A stretch of 64,000 nt of DNA from Saccostrea cucullata (Eukaryota): assembly GCF_032062105.1 (NCBI RefSeq), contig NW_026921094.1:1-64000 (forward strand), written 5' to 3'. The position numbers were made by a program, and so were the translations under genes. Below are positions 63,198 through 64,000 of this stretch, in pieces. The stretch's first letter is position 1, and the number at the start of each line of letters is the position of its first letter. The notes beneath the pieces were generated by a model, which saw nothing but the letters and a program-made list of their open reading frames with translations, was not told the origin of the DNA and made no database searches.

Positions 63198-64000
63198 TGT
63201 GTTGTGTTGTCGTTCAATATCACCAGGAGACCTCCACTTCTTTGACTACATATCCCTCCTGGTTAGAGTGGGTCTGTTCTTAGAACAACTGAAACAGATC
63301 CTGACGGAGAGAGGCAAGCGATGGACCTGTTATCAACATCAGTAAAGTATACACTACTTCTACTCACACATAAGTCATTGAGTTTTATCTTGAATTCTTT
63401 TTTTTATTGATTAGTTTGGTGTGATCAAAGGGGTGAGAATTTATATAGATATCATTGTCAGTGAATGACTCCAACATTAGAATAGTGCTATGTCCATACT
63501 GGAAAGATCCTATTTCATTGGCAATGACCTCATCTGTATCAATAATCTTTCCAACCATACATGTAATCAAGAAATGCAAATGTCTGAATCACTTGGTTAA
63601 AGCCCCATTCCACGCATTGTCTCAATGCACACATCTGCCGGTCAAATTCTGCTTCTTCTGGACTCACCCGAATTCCCTTGACCGGCCCAAGTACATACTG
63701 GTTGACGGCATAAGCTGCGTCTCCGTACAAGCAGTACGGCTCACCGTTAAGGGAGTACATGTAGCGTACAAGTTCGTCTCCAAGACCACTTTCCCTAAAA
63801 ACCGCTGCATCGTGCTGTTTACCTTCAAAAGGTCCAGCCAAATTTGCATCTCTTCATAACATCATCCAAGTCAAACATCAGTTCCGTCAGTTCTTTGTGG
63901 TTCTCAACGAAGCTGTAGTCTAACATGGTACCGCTGCTTTCCTCCATAAATTTTACTAGATCAAGAAGTAGTTTCTTCTTCATTTCTAAGTGTGATTTCA
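63198..64000 (-). pseudogene. Epsilon-subfamily gene middle part, running off the window; interrupted
   Basis: Collinear with 54277-54859. Confidence 0.85.
63563..63846 (-). mobile_element. Internal fragment of a PIF/Harbinger-type DDE transposase
   Basis: GPFEGKQHDAAVF..LYGDAAY..FDRQMCALRQCVEWGF (HD, GDxxY and RxxVE motifs); no TIRs. Confidence 0.8.

Overview
AT-rich eukaryotic (animal) genomic DNA, most likely a bivalve and probably an oyster. This is inferred from an oyster-type Helentron-associated element carrying ~166-bp satellite units and from the gene family present. The window is a tandem, all-minus-strand array of about 20 single-exon copies or fragments of a TRIM-like family: RING-less B-box/coiled-coil/NHL-like beta-propeller genes in at least 6 subfamilies, plus two RING-B-box-B-box-coiled-coil-propeller TRIM copies and three 3' fragments of that TRIM. 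Only two copies are clearly intact (36391-38394, 51540-53027), and one more is a single stop codon away (23980-25476). The rest are frameshifted, truncated, chimeric or TE-disrupted. The array was built by nested segmental duplications, so many insertions can be compared with their empty paralogous site inside the window. Mobile DNA includes a ~4.5-kb tyrosine-recombinase retrotransposon (gag, RT, RNase H, methyltransferase-like domain, YR) with unusual ends, a CR1/L2-type LINE fragment, many Penelope-like (Naiad-type) RT fragments, a SINE-like retroposon, a foldback element of 83-bp repeats, and many MITEs. The most notable signals are (1) hypervariable loops on a conserved propeller frame, including a CxC-x4-CxC insert, suggesting a diversifying intracellular receptor repertoire, and (2) the end structure of the YR retroelement.
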